64,000 bases of DNA from an uncultured cyanobacterium (GCA_963706595.1 OY970166.1:256001-320000); one strand, 5' to 3'; numbered from the stretch's first letter, positions 9,849-20,250 are shown. A program made the numbers and translations. Notes: generated by a model not told the origin, from the letters alone.

Positions 9849-12800
9849 GTCGCTAAAGCTCCAGCGATCGCACTCGCAAACAAAGAAGTTACAGCCGTCC
9901 CAAATAGCCACCAAGCTGCATTCGCCACAATTCTTTTAGTTTCCTCAGCTTGATGTTTGGCTTGTTCTTGCACTGCTTCTAGGCGTTTTTGCACTTCTTG
10001 CTGGATGCGTTCACCTCTTTGCAATACACTATCCCGCGCCGCTTCGATTTGGTTGATAATTCGGTTAGCATCCTCTTCGGTAATATCTTCACGAGAACTG
10101 AGGACAGCAACTAGGGTATCACGATCAAATTGGCTCAGGCGATCGCGCAAAGCTTCAAATCCTGCTTGGGGGTCATCAAATAACTTGGCGAAGTCTTGCT
10201 GAATCCCTTCATAATTTAGTTCTGGACGCTCCAAGGAGTTGAGGTAATCACGGATTTGGGCAAAAACGCCGTCAATTACAGATTGCAACCTTTCCTGAAC
10301 CTGCTGAATTTGACTCACAACTGAATCACGCACCGATTCAATTTGATCGACAATCCGGTTAGCTTCCTCTTCCGAAATATCTTCCCTTTCAGATAGTAAA
10401 GCCACAATTGTAGAACGGTCAAATTTAGCGAGGCGATCACCTAAATTTCCCACTCCCACTTGTGGGTCTCGCAGCAACAATTGCAAGTCACGTTTGATGC
10501 TTTCGGGGTTGAGTTCTTCTTTATCAGTATGACGCAAATAATTTTCTAGATGAGCTTCAAAATCCGTCACTCTTTGAACCGCACGACTAGCATAGCGTCT
10601 TGGGGCTTTGATAATACTGTTAATTGCCTTTTGTACCTGATCAATTCTTTGATTAACTTGCTCTTCGCTCAAATCTTGGCTTTGACTGAGGAGTTTAACC
10701 AATGTATCACGGTCAATTTGGGATAGGCGATGGCGGAATGCTAAAGCACCCTCTCGCGGATCAGCAAGTAATGTTTCCAAATCTCCTCTAATACTTTCTG
10801 GGTTGAGTTCTTCCAAATTAGTCTTACGGAGATATTCAGCTAATTGATTGACTGTGGTTTGGGGTAATTGTAAAATGCGATCGCGTACTGATTGGATTTG
10901 ATCAAAGATTTTGTTTACTTCTTCCTCGCTCAAATCTTGCCTTTGACTGAGCAATTTTACCACTGTATCACGGTTAAAATGAGATAGGCGATCGCGAATT
11001 AAATAAATTCCTACTTCTGGCTGTTCTAGGAGAGTGCTAAATTCACGTTTAATACCTTCAGGATTCAATTCGTCTTTGTTCGTATTCCGCAGATAGTCTT
11101 CAATTTTTTGCCATAATTCATTGGCTTTTGCTGTTGTTTCTGCTTGGCGTTCTCGTTCTTCATTCAAAACTTGAGTACAGATACTTTCCAGTTGATTAAC
11201 AATATGATCAGCTTCTGCTTCACTCAAATCTTGACGATGCAAAAGTAAGCGCACAAAAGTATCATGCTCAAAGGCTTGTAAGCGAATCTCTAAATCCGTA
11301 AACTCTTGTAATAAACTGGTGAAATCTCGTTCAATAGCCTCTGCATTCAGTTCCGCTTTACTTGTAGAACGCAAATAATTTTCCACACGCAAACGCAATT
11401 CTTCGCCTTTTTCGCGAACTTCCGCCTGTTGAACAATTTCTAAAACTTCCTCACGAACGCTTTCCATCTGGTGAGTAATTTCAGCTACTCTCGCCTCGCT
11501 GATATCGCCGCGCTGTTTCAACCAATATCTCAAATCCTCTTGATTAATCTCCGCTAATTCCCGGCGTGTCGTTGTCGGATTTGCTTGTGGATCATAGATA
11601 ACTTCTTGAAATTCATCTCTAATTGTAGTGCGGTTTAAATGCCAAGGCAAACAATTGAGAATGTAATCTTTTACATCCGCCTTAATAGTATTTTCGGGTT
11701 GCTGTGGTAATCTTGCAGCTATTTGTCCAGTAGTTTGATCTCTAATCTCTTCTAACTGGTGTGTAATTTTCTCAACGTCTATATCTTTAACCTGATCTCT
11801 GAGCTTTTGGACTTGAGTTGTAATTTTTTCTAGATCAATATCAGCAAAATCTACTCGATTTAATACTGCTGTACCCGCAGCACCCAAGCCATATTGTATC
11901 CCTTGTTTAATTAAAGTATTACGACCATTGCCATTTTCTCTAACTCCCACCAATTCCTGAAGCCGTTCACCTAATTTTTCAGACTTCAACTCTTCAGGTG
12001 TAGCAGATTTGAGTAAATTAATTACTTGCTCAGTGGGATTTTGACTAGCAATAACTTGTTTCCAAGCAGCTTCTAATTGGTCAGCAATTTGATTAATCTG
12101 TTGTTTGGATAAATTTACCTGACTGCTAATTAAATCAATAAATGTTTGGCGGTTGATGTTTTCTAGTAAATCACCATCACCAAGAGATGCTAAATCTACA
12201 TCACTGAGAATTTGATCAAATTGTTGGCGAACCTCTGCTAAATTCAGTTGCGGTACTTGCAGAGATTTCAAAGAATTTTGTAGAGTATTATTGATACCTT
12301 CAGTATCAAACCCCGAAGTTAATTCCCGCCGAACTGCATCTGTAATTTCTTCAGCAGTAGAAACCGCTTGTTTTTTCGCCACATTCGCGCCAATTGTCGC
12401 CGATGCAGTTCCCAATATCGCCTGTAATCCCGCATTGGTAGTATTGATAAAAGAACCAACCAAGGAACTCAGAGTTGATGAACCCAGCCAAACCACTAAT
12501 GTAAAATAGGTAGACCAGATAACCACACCCATAATTGCGCCTAAGAGCATACTTTCAATTAAGCTCAATTTCACGGCGAGAAAACAAGCAACAAATAACG
12601 CCATACTAGCGGTTATTAATGCCCAAAATCCTACTTTAGTTTCAACCTTGCGAATTGTCCCACCCCAGCTACTCGACTCAGACCGAGAGAAAGAATCAGT
12701 TCCTAAAGATAGAATTCCTACAGCCAGGGAAAAGTTGGTCAATAAAAATTGAAAAGCCAAAGCCATTAAAGTCCCGGCTAATAGTGCGACTAACAACTTA

Positions 12801-12919
12801 GGTCCAGAAAAAACTAATGATATTTGTTCTGGAGTTAAAACTTCTGACATTTCATTTCCGGGTGCTATTTCCATAGATAGCCAAACACCCGTCAAAATGT
12901 TTTCTACACCTTGAAACAT
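9812..12919 (-). CDS. Large membrane-anchored helical repeat protein of unknown function
   Basis: Three to four N-terminal TM segments and one C-terminal TM. About six repeats of YLRxTxKEELNPExIxRDxxxLL...DRxTxVxLLSQRxDLSEEE. Confidence 0.85.
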   Translation of the reverse strand: MFQGVENILTGVWLSMEIAPGNEMSEVLTPEQISLVFSGPKLLVALLAGTLMALAFQFLLTNFSLAVGILSLGTDSFSRSESSSWGGTIRKVETKVGFWALITASMALFVACFLAVKLSLIESMLLGAIMGVVIWSTYFTLVVWLGSSTLSSLVGSFINTTNAGLQAILGTASATIGANVAKKQAVSTAEEITDAVRRELTSGFDTEGINNTLQNSLKSLQVPQLNLAEVRQQFDQILSDVDLASLGDGDLLENINRQTFIDLISSQVNLSKQQINQIADQLEAAWKQVIASQNPTEQVINLLKSATPEELKSEKLGERLQELVGVRENGNGRNTLIKQGIQYGLGAAGTAVLNRVDFADIDLEKITTQVQKLRDQVKDIDVEKITHQLEEIRDQTTGQIAARLPQQPENTIKADVKDYILNCLPWHLNRTTIRDEFQEVIYDPQANPTTTRRELAEINQEDLRYWLKQRGDISEARVAEITHQMESVREEVLEIVQQAEVREKGEELRLRVENYLRSTSKAELNAEAIERDFTSLLQEFTDLEIRLQAFEHDTFVRLLLHRQDLSEAEADHIVNQLESICTQVLNEERERQAETTAKANELWQKIEDYLRNTNKDELNPEGIKREFSTLLEQPEVGIYLIRDRLSHFNRDTVVKLLSQRQDLSEEEVNKIFDQIQSVRDRILQLPQTTVNQLAEYLRKTNLEELNPESIRGDLETLLADPREGALAFRHRLSQIDRDTLVKLLSQSQDLSEEQVNQRIDQVQKAINSIIKAPRRYASRAVQRVTDFEAHLENYLRHTDKEELNPESIKRDLQLLLRDPQVGVGNLGDRLAKFDRSTIVALLSEREDISEEEANRIVDQIESVRDSVVSQIQQVQERLQSVIDGVFAQIRDYLNSLERPELNYEGIQQDFAKLFDDPQAGFEALRDRLSQFDRDTLVAVLSSREDITEEDANRIINQIEAARDSVLQRGERIQQEVQKRLEAVQEQAKHQAEETKRIVANAAWWLFGTAVTSLFASAIAGALATQLRYIIYIPPM

Positions 12920-13102
12920 AATTTTATTTTCCTATACCGCTCAATTAAAGCCATTTCTTATGAAAAAGGCTGACTTACATAGTTTAAATTGCCAATTATC
13001 TAGACCTACACTTTCTTAGGTAAGAAATACTTTTTCCAGAAGTCATAGATTTATCTTTATACTCCGTAAAAAGCCACTCTACTATATAACCCACGAACAA
13101 AA

Positions 13103-13135
13103 AGATCCCCGACTTCTTCAAGAAGTCGGGGATCT
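13103..13135. repeat. 33-bp palindromic dispersed repeat (second copy)
   Basis: AGATCCCCGACTTCTT-C-AAGAAGTCGGGGATCT, the reverse complement of 565-597. Confidence 0.9.
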
Positions 13136-13357
13136 AAGCATAGATGTATTTAACAACTACTTATGTCTAATGATAGAGAGTGCAATTATGTCAAGAGATT
13201 GATGGAAAAGTTTTCCACAAATGTGTAAATAGAGATGTTGATAGCATTTTGTATAGGAATGCACTTTAATAATTTACTAGCTTACCTTATACAGTCTTTG
13301 TCACTGCGGGTGAATTAAAGCGTAAATTTACAAAAAATTGAAATAGAGGAATTTAAA

Positions 13358-14026
13358 ATGGTTACAACCGTGCGTAGACGAGCTGTAGGTACTTTTTCTA
13401 ATCGTAGAGACGCTGAACAAGCACTGCATGAATTGAAAAATTCCGGCTTTCCAATGGATAGAGTTTCTGTGATTGCCAAAGACGCAGATCATAAAGCTGA
13501 TGTTGGCGGGAGACCAGTCCAAGAACGGGTAGGTAATAAAGCGGACGAGGGTGCAACAACTGGGGCGATGACTGGCGGTGCGGTGGGCGGTATCACTGGC
13601 TTATTAGTTGGTCTGGGAACTTTAGCAATTCCTGGAATTGGTCCAATTATGCTCGCAGGTGCAACAGCAACAACTTTAGCTACCACTCTGGCTGGGGCTG
13701 GTATTGGTGCAGCTGCTGGAGGCTTACTTGGGGCATTAATCGGGTTAGGAATACCCGAAGAACGAGCCAAAGTTTATCACCAGCGTGTGGAACAAGGACA
13801 TTATTTAGTAATGGTAGAAGGCACAGACGCAGAAATTTCGGCAGCCGAAAGAATTTTCAATCGCTACGGTATTGAAGAGTTTGGTGTTTATGACTATCCT
13901 AATAATCAAATAGAACATCTCCCAGAACACGATTCAATCAGACGTGAGACTACACCCGTTGTAGATGCAGTTAGTACCAATGATCCAAGCGTAGTGATTA
14001 TTGATCGTCGTGATGAAAAAGCTTAA
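13358..14026 (+). CDS. General stress protein (YflT/17M-like domain plus glycine zipper)
   Basis: AVGTF..R.DAEQAL.EL...GF...VSVIAK, GLGTLAIPGIGP and GLGIPEERAK.Y motifs. Confidence 0.8.
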   Translation: MVTTVRRRAVGTFSNRRDAEQALHELKNSGFPMDRVSVIAKDADHKADVGGRPVQERVGNKADEGATTGAMTGGAVGGITGLLVGLGTLAIPGIGPIMLAGATATTLATTLAGAGIGAAAGGLLGALIGLGIPEERAKVYHQRVEQGHYLVMVEGTDAEISAAERIFNRYGIEEFGVYDYPNNQIEHLPEHDSIRRETTPVVDAVSTNDPSVVIIDRRDEKA

Positions 14027-14157
14027 TTCAATTTGCTGATCATTGACAACACATTCATTTTATTAGGAGTAGGAAGAGCATTAAAATTTGCTTCTCGCTA
14101 CTCCTAAAAACGTCGATATATTTTTAAACTTTGAATTTGTGAGGAAGACTTACCAAA

Positions 14158-14619
14158 ATGAACAAGCTAACTACTTTATTAATTAGTTGCGTTTTATTAT
14201 TTGGTGCTGCTGCTTGTGAAGATGCGGCGAGAACAACTCGAACTGCGCCTGAGCCTGGTCAAGTTGGAGAAGTACCAGCCCCACAAGAAACACAAGCTGC
14301 TAGAGAAGATGCTCAGAGCGAACTTCGCAGAAGACAACTAGATGCAGATATTCGCGCTCGTGAAGAGCGAAATCTAGCTGCTGGTGGCGATATTACCGAT
14401 AGAACTACGGAAGACTTAGCCAGTGAGGTTCGTTCTAAATTGGAGGCTAATATCCCAGGTGGTAGACTAACAGTTCAGGCCACAGAAGCAGGTACTGTCA
14501 CTGTCTCAGGAACTGTAAATAATCAGGATCAGTTATCTAAGATTGAACCATTAGCACAAGAAATTAATGGTGTGAATAATGTGATTGTTAACGCAGTTGT
14601 TGCCCCACCACAAGGCTAA
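14158..14619 (+). CDS. BON-domain lipoprotein
   Basis: Lipobox-like FGAAAC and the BON motif GTVTVSGTV...AQEINGVNNV. Confidence 0.85.
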   Translation: MNKLTTLLISCVLLFGAAACEDAARTTRTAPEPGQVGEVPAPQETQAAREDAQSELRRRQLDADIRAREERNLAAGGDITDRTTEDLASEVRSKLEANIPGGRLTVQATEAGTVTVSGTVNNQDQLSKIEPLAQEINGVNNVIVNAVVAPPQG

Positions 14620-14850
14620 ATTGGTTAATTTAGGAGAACGAAGTCCACAATTTCAGCGTAGTGAGGGAGAGACTCCCTCATTACGAGTAAATGAAATATA
14701 CATATTAATATTATAAATCTTGTGGGGAGGGCAAAGATGCCCGCCTTTGTGGAGGTAAAAAACTTTCAGGGAGATCATAAAGCTGATTGTGATCTGTATT
14801 CATATCCAGTAATTTAGAATAAATGCTGTAGCTACCAAATTTAAAAAACT

Positions 14851-15288
14851 ATGGAAACTGAACAAAAGCAACTAGAACCAGTGGATGCGATGGTCGCACC
14901 TGGTGGAATGCTACCACCAAGCGGCGGAGAAACTGCAAACTTATCTCAGCTACCTCCAGCTTATGAACCGGAAGCTCAATGGCGACGATTTGCGAGCAGA
15001 AGCACTCAGTTTTTAGAACAACTACCGGAATATGTAAGTAGCTTTTTTCAGAAAAATCAGCGCTCTTTGATTAGTATTGTGTTAATTTTGAGTGCAATTA
15101 TGACATTTAAGGTAGTAATCGCCATCTTAGGCGCTATCAATGGTGTTCCTCTCCTATCACCTACTTTTGAGTTGATTGGTATTGGTTATTTTATTTGGTT
15201 TAGTCTGCGTTATTTGACTAAATCTGAAAGTCGCCAAGAATTAACTGAGAAATTCCGATTATTGAAACAAGAAATTGTGGGCGAGTAA
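14851..15288 (+). CDS. Stand-alone CAAD/CURT1-like membrane protein
   Basis: ILGAINGVPLLSPTFELIGIGY..WF..RYL....SRQEL is the CAAD signature. Confidence 0.88.
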   Translation: METEQKQLEPVDAMVAPGGMLPPSGGETANLSQLPPAYEPEAQWRRFASRSTQFLEQLPEYVSSFFQKNQRSLISIVLILSAIMTFKVVIAILGAINGVPLLSPTFELIGIGYFIWFSLRYLTKSESRQELTEKFRLLKQEIVGE

Positions 15289-15300
15289 TTTTTCAAATCA

Positions 15301-15645
15301 AATATAGAACCTCACCCCCAGCCCCTCTCCTTATCAAGGAGAGGGGAGAGAAGCTTAACCCACGATGATCATCGATAAATTGGAATTTTTTTATTTGTCA
15401 AGCTCCAATTTTGTAAATCGAATATAGAATCTCACCCCCAGCCCCTCTCCTTATCAAGGCTATGGTGTACACACAAATCATTAAATTACTCCAAATCTTT
15501 TTTAGTAGGGTGTGTTGTTGCGTAGCGCAACGCACCATCCTAGATTTTCGGTGCGTTAGGACTAACGTCCATAACACACCCTACCCAAATCAAGGTTTTT
15601 AGACTTGTGTGTACACGTTAGCCTTATCAAGGAGAGGGGAGAGAA
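15301..15645. repeat. Duplicated hairpin repeat (120-bp spacing) whose second copy is interrupted by a MITE
   Basis: AATATAGAA(C/T)CTCACCCCCAGCCCCTCTCCTTATCAAGG occurs at 15301 and 15421. Confidence 0.85.
15460..15621. mobile_element. 162-bp MITE with target-site duplication and an internal REP doublet
   Basis: TIRs CTATGGTGTACACACAA / TTGTGTGTACACGTTAG. Direct repeat CCTTATCAAGG at 15449-15459 and 15622-15632. GTAGGGTGTGTT...AACACACCCTAC at 15505-15584. Confidence 0.85.
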
Positions 15646-15800
15646 ATTGCTGGGTTGCAAAATTATAATTGCAGTTTACGTCTAAAGGTAGAAAAAAGAA
15701 GAGTTATTTTTTATTTAAATTAGTTCTAAAGATAGTAGTTTTATTATTTTAATTAGTTTAATCTAGTTCTCGCAGTGATTTAAAGAAGGCGTGATTATAT

Positions 15801-16211
15801 ATGACTAATAAAAAAGTGAATCATCAGACTACAGATTCATCTGAACGTGCAGATGTAGATAATTATGATCGAGGAATAATACCTGCTGAAACCGCAGCTC
15901 GTAAAGCAAGAGAAGGCGAAAATTATAAAACTCTTCCCACAGAACAAACACAGGAAGATGCATCTACAAATGACCAAAGTAATTCAGAGAGCATAAATAC
16001 CACTGATGGCTACACAATAGACCAAGAAGGTTTAGTGAATAACTACGCTGTGGAGCCAGAAATGTATTATGAAACACCGGGAGACGCGCGAAAACAGGCA
16101 ATACAAGACAGCGCTGACCGGATTGAAGAACTCCACGAAATAAATGAGGATCAAGAAGGTAAGTTGACGGAAAAGAGTGACACCAGGGGTAAAGGACCAG
16201 GACGAATTTAG
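15801..16211 (+). CDS. Small acidic hydrophilic protein of unknown function
   Basis: 136-aa ORF with an AAGAAGG RBS, rich in D/E/T/N/Q, containing GYTIDQEGLVNNYAVEPEMY. Confidence 0.8.
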   Translation: MTNKKVNHQTTDSSERADVDNYDRGIIPAETAARKAREGENYKTLPTEQTQEDASTNDQSNSESINTTDGYTIDQEGLVNNYAVEPEMYYETPGDARKQAIQDSADRIEELHEINEDQEGKLTEKSDTRGKGPGRI

Positions 16212-16297
16212 TTATGTTTGTCACAGTCGTTCTACCCCACCCCCAACCCCTCCCCGCAGGCGAGGAGGGGAGCTAGAGGATATGGGTTTTGTCTTTG

Positions 16298-17860
16298 TTA
16301 GATGGTAAAAGATGCCATTTCGTAATTATGCCATTGCCTTTGATGCCATTCTGCGACTAAGGGACGGACGATGAATTTAGGATGGCGATCGCCTGTAACA
16401 TCTATGCGTAAACTAGAATAAGGTCGTCTTTTTTTAGAACCGTGACCATGACGACCGACATACAAGTGCGATCGCGCGACTATTTTACTGGTATCTTCCA
16501 CGGTTTCTTTTAAATCTGCGCCTTCGCTTCTTTGACGACGCAAACTATAGCCACTACCGCCACACACAACCCAGTGAATATTTGCATCGGCGTGTCCTGT
16601 ATCCAAAGTTTGCAGGTGTTCTAAGCAGTGCGCGTGACCATTTAAGACTAAATCTACCAGTGGTCGTCCCTGTGTCAAATCACCGACTTCTGCGGCGACT
16701 GCATCCAAGACACCACGCAAGCGATCGCGAACCGCTAAAGTCTGCGCTTGTTGCCATTTTGTCGTCTCAGTCACATAAGGCGGATGGTGAAAATAAAGGA
16801 TTCTTCCCCGTATATCTGCGGAATTCCAAGATTTAATCAGTCTTTGTTTTAACCACTCCAGTTGTTCGATATCAGTCACGGCGTTTTTATCCGTGTTTAA
16901 TTGCTTCTCGATATCAACAACCGATTCCTCAATTTGGGATATTTGACCCTGCAAATCATCCAGTTTCTCAGCTTCGCTGGGATTCTCCGGATTTAGCTGG
17001 GCTGAAGTTTCCATGATTTGCAGCTTTTCTTCCTCAAACTCCTGACGGCGTTTTTCTAAAACTCGGCGCTGTTCTCTACCTGCGTTTGTTTTCGGTATTG
17101 GTGCTGGTTCATTAAATGTATTGGAATCTAAAGCAAAAAAGTCAATCCCGCCGTAACAAAACGTATAATACCGATTTGGTAACCGGGTAAAATGCCCTGG
17201 TTGGTAATTCAGACAGCGGCCTGTATCTGTTTGAGCCGTATAGTAATTATCTAAGTGTTGGGCTAACTCACCGGGAAGCTGTAACGCTTTGAGATAGTCT
17301 AAAAACGCCTTTGCATAAGCGCTTCCCTTTCTAGAACCATGTAAGCCCACATCCAGGTCTAATTTCGACCGCAATAACCGCCGAAGGGGTAAAGTGGTGA
17401 AAGAAAGTAAACTTAAAATAATTGGTAAGTCATAGTAATCATGATTTCCCGGTACTGGTAAAATGGGTAGATTGAAAACCATCTGGTCGTAATCAATCTT
17501 TTCTGGATCTTCCCCACCCACAAGAAATTCTCTGTAAGGTCGGATAAAGTTCTGCTGATAATATTCACTCGATCCTACCAAATAGATGACATCACCTGTG
17601 TGCAGCATAAAACTACATTCCGGGTGATGAGGTAGCATTTGTTCTGCAACCTGTCGCTGTGGATTATGTCCTCGGTGACTACCAGTACCACTGTCACCCA
17701 CAACTAAAAAAGAAAAATCACCATCTTTAGCGTGATCATCCGCTAAAACTAGCCGAGTTTGGTCAATACCACGCTCTAAAATGAGCGGGTCTTGCCATTT
17801 TACCCTCTCCTGCATCTTGAGAATTTTTTTAGCGATCGCTGGATCAGAAACGAGTTTCAA
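16298..17860 (-). CDS. Calcineurin-like metallophosphoesterase with a coiled-coil insertion
   Basis: Motifs GDSG, GDVIY, GNHDY, FHHPPY and GHAH. Confidence 0.88.
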   Translation of the reverse strand: MKLVSDPAIAKKILKMQERVKWQDPLILERGIDQTRLVLADDHAKDGDFSFLVVGDSGTGSHRGHNPQRQVAEQMLPHHPECSFMLHTGDVIYLVGSSEYYQQNFIRPYREFLVGGEDPEKIDYDQMVFNLPILPVPGNHDYYDLPIILSLLSFTTLPLRRLLRSKLDLDVGLHGSRKGSAYAKAFLDYLKALQLPGELAQHLDNYYTAQTDTGRCLNYQPGHFTRLPNRYYTFCYGGIDFFALDSNTFNEPAPIPKTNAGREQRRVLEKRRQEFEEEKLQIMETSAQLNPENPSEAEKLDDLQGQISQIEESVVDIEKQLNTDKNAVTDIEQLEWLKQRLIKSWNSADIRGRILYFHHPPYVTETTKWQQAQTLAVRDRLRGVLDAVAAEVGDLTQGRPLVDLVLNGHAHCLEHLQTLDTGHADANIHWVVCGGSGYSLRRQRSEGADLKETVEDTSKIVARSHLYVGRHGHGSKKRRPYSSLRIDVTGDRHPKFIVRPLVAEWHQRQWHNYEMASFTI

Positions 17861-17952
17861 TACAATTTACTCCTAAATCTGAATTCTTCCTTCTAGTACA
17901 GCACGGCGTAAATCAAACAACCATTTAAAATTCATCAGCTGTTGTGCTGTCA

Positions 17953-17985
17953 GAATTACGAATTACGAATTACGAACTACGAATT
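17953..17985 (+). repeat. STRR heptamer array (GAATTAC)n
   Basis: About 4.5 tandem units between the kinase and phosphoesterase genes. Confidence 0.85.
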
Positions 17986-18955
17986 AATCTTCTTCCAAGT
18001 CTTTCATCTCAATAGTCAAATTCGGAAGTCCCTCTAGTTTTTCCGCCGGATCAATTACTTGGTCAAAAGGCACAAAAATTTTCAAGCCTGCTGGTAGACA
18101 ATGAATTTCAATCGGAGTTGTACCAATCATTTCACCATCTAAAACCACCTTTTGAGGCGGTTCAGCCCTGATTTTAAATCGTTTTCCGCGCAGGTAGCCA
18201 ATATCGTCTCGCTCGGCGGCGCTACTGGTTGAAGCCGTTTGGAATAGATGAAGTGCAGCTGCGATCGCTCCAGCTTTACTTTCCGGAGCCACGATGGTTA
18301 TATCTAATAATCCATCATCATAAATAATCCCGGCTGGTCCCTGAGCCAAGACTGAACTAGGAGGAGCAGCATTTGCTACTGTTACAGCTGAGGCTGTCGT
18401 TGTAATGATTCTATCCTCAGTTTCAATTTCTACTTCAAAACTCTGTAAATTCCGCAGTTGTTGCACCCCGGCTAAAACATAAGCCATAATCCCAAAGCGT
18501 CTTTTTGCGTCCCGGTCTGCCAGTTCTACAGTTTCCGCTTCAAAACCAATACCTGCCAGTAGTACCATTGGCTTACCATTACAATAAGCTGCATCCACAT
18601 ATCGAGTTTGTCCCTGCAAGATTGTCATACAAGCAGCGTCAATGGTATCAGGTATTCTCAAGGCGGCGGCGAAAGCGTTGGCTGTTCCCCGTGAAATAAT
18701 CCCCAAAGGGATATCAGTATTGACTATAGCCATAGCCGCCGCCGACAAAGTACCATCTCCCCCGGAAGCAATAATCGCTTCTACACCCCGTTCTACAGCA
18801 GCTTGCGCCAGTTCATCAGCACCAACTTCTGGCGTTGTTTGATAAATATCTAAGTCAATTTCTGGCTCTAATAATGATCGAATCATTGCCAGTTCTACTT
18901 CTGGATCACCTTGACCCGCAACTGGATTAAAAATCAGGCAAGCGGAACGATTCAT
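17984..18955 (-). CDS. YegS/Rv2252/BmrU-family lipid kinase (DAGK-like)
   Basis: IFNPVAG, SGGDGT, GTANAFA and LDGE motifs. Confidence 0.93.
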   Translation of the reverse strand: MNRSACLIFNPVAGQGDPEVELAMIRSLLEPEIDLDIYQTTPEVGADELAQAAVERGVEAIIASGGDGTLSAAAMAIVNTDIPLGIISRGTANAFAAALRIPDTIDAACMTILQGQTRYVDAAYCNGKPMVLLAGIGFEAETVELADRDAKRRFGIMAYVLAGVQQLRNLQSFEVEIETEDRIITTTASAVTVANAAPPSSVLAQGPAGIIYDDGLLDITIVAPESKAGAIAAALHLFQTASTSSAAERDDIGYLRGKRFKIRAEPPQKVVLDGEMIGTTPIEIHCLPAGLKIFVPFDQVIDPAEKLEGLPNLTIEMKDLEED

Positions 18956-19278
18956 ACTAAATTTTTAATCAATAAGATCCCAGATTATTCGTAACTCTAT
19001 CGTAAAATTATCTGCTGAGTAAGTCCAAAGAATGTAAACAAATGTAAAAAAAACAATAATAAAGTTTACCTGAATTAGAGAATAACAATCCGGAGACTTA
19101 CCCTCTGAGGTAGTCTAGATAAGTGTCAATAATTCAGCCCTAAAGGTGCTGAACTTGTCAGAGGCAAATCTAATGTGTTTGACTAGTCTATTAAGACTAA
19201 TTTTAAACGCTTCGTGAATGAGTTGCCCGCATACCAAGTATTTCTATTAATTTATCGCCTGGTTTGACCTATTGTTTT

Positions 19279-20250
19279 ATGACTTCAGTTGTTTCCAGTC
19301 CTACTCGCACCATCCGCATTGGTTCTCGTAAAAGTCAACTCGCCCTAGTTCAGACCTACTGGGTACGAGACCAACTCCAGAAAAGTTTTCCTGATATATC
19401 TTTTGAAGTCCATACCATGTCTACTCAAGGCGACAATATCCTAGATGTAGCATTAGCCAAAATTGGCGATAAAGGACTATTTACGAAAGAATTGGAAGTG
19501 GGAATGCTGAATCAGGAAATTGATTTTGCAGTTCATTCTTTGAAGGACCTACCCACTAATTTACCATCTGGGTTAACTCTGGCAGTAATTACAGAACGAG
19601 AAAACCCAGCCGATGCCCTAGTGGTACATGAAAAGTATAAAGATAAACAAATTGAAACTCTGCCAGCAGGTGCAGTCATTGGCACATCTTCTTTAAGAAG
19701 ATTAGCGCAGTTACGTAATAAGTTTCCCCATTTTACTTTTAAAGATGTGCGGGGAAATTTAAATACACGCCTGAAGAAACTAGATTCAGGCGAATATGAT
19801 GCGCTGATTTTAGCAGCCGCAGGTTTAGAGCGCTTGGGAATGAGCGATCGCGTGCATCAAATTCTGCCGCCGGAAATTTCGCTCCACGCAGTCGGACAAG
19901 GGGCTTTAGGCATCGAATGCCGGGCTGATGACAAGGAAATCATCAACATCCTCAAAGCGATTGAACACAGCGAAACCCGCGATCGCTGTCTCGCCGAACG
20001 ATCATTTTTACGGATTCTCGAAGGTGGTTGTCAAGTCCCTATTGGTGTAAATACCGTAATAGACGGTGATAATTTAACCCTCAGTGGCATAGTTGCCAGC
20101 GTCGATGGTCAAAAACTTGTCAAAGACACCGTAACTGGTGCGGCGAAAGATGCCGAAAAGCTCGGAGCAGAACTAGCAGCACTCCTAAGAAAACAAGGCG
20201 CACAAGAAATCTTAGAAGAAATATTTACCGAGATTCAACGGGGTTCCTAA
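19279..20250 (+). CDS. hemC: Hydroxymethylbilane synthase (porphobilinogen deaminase)
   Basis: [34 protein letters not shown] and [10 protein letters not shown]. Confidence 0.98.
   Translation: MTSVVSSPTRTIRIGSRKSQLALVQTYWVRDQLQKSFPDISFEVHTMSTQGDNILDVALAKIGDKGLFTKELEVGMLNQEIDFAVHSLKDLPTNLPSGLTLAVITERENPADALVVHEKYKDKQIETLPAGAVIGTSSLRRLAQLRNKFPHFTFKDVRGNLNTRLKKLDSGEYDALILAAAGLERLGMSDRVHQILPPEISLHAVGQGALGIECRADDKEIINILKAIEHSETRDRCLAERSFLRILEGGCQVPIGVNTVIDGDNLTLSGIVASVDGQKLVKDTVTGAAKDAEKLGAELAALLRKQGAQEILEEIFTEIQRGS

Noticed and set aside
19090..19170. Possible riboswitch upstream of hemC
   Set aside because: Two small hairpins only, with no match to riboswitch consensus motifs I can recognise.
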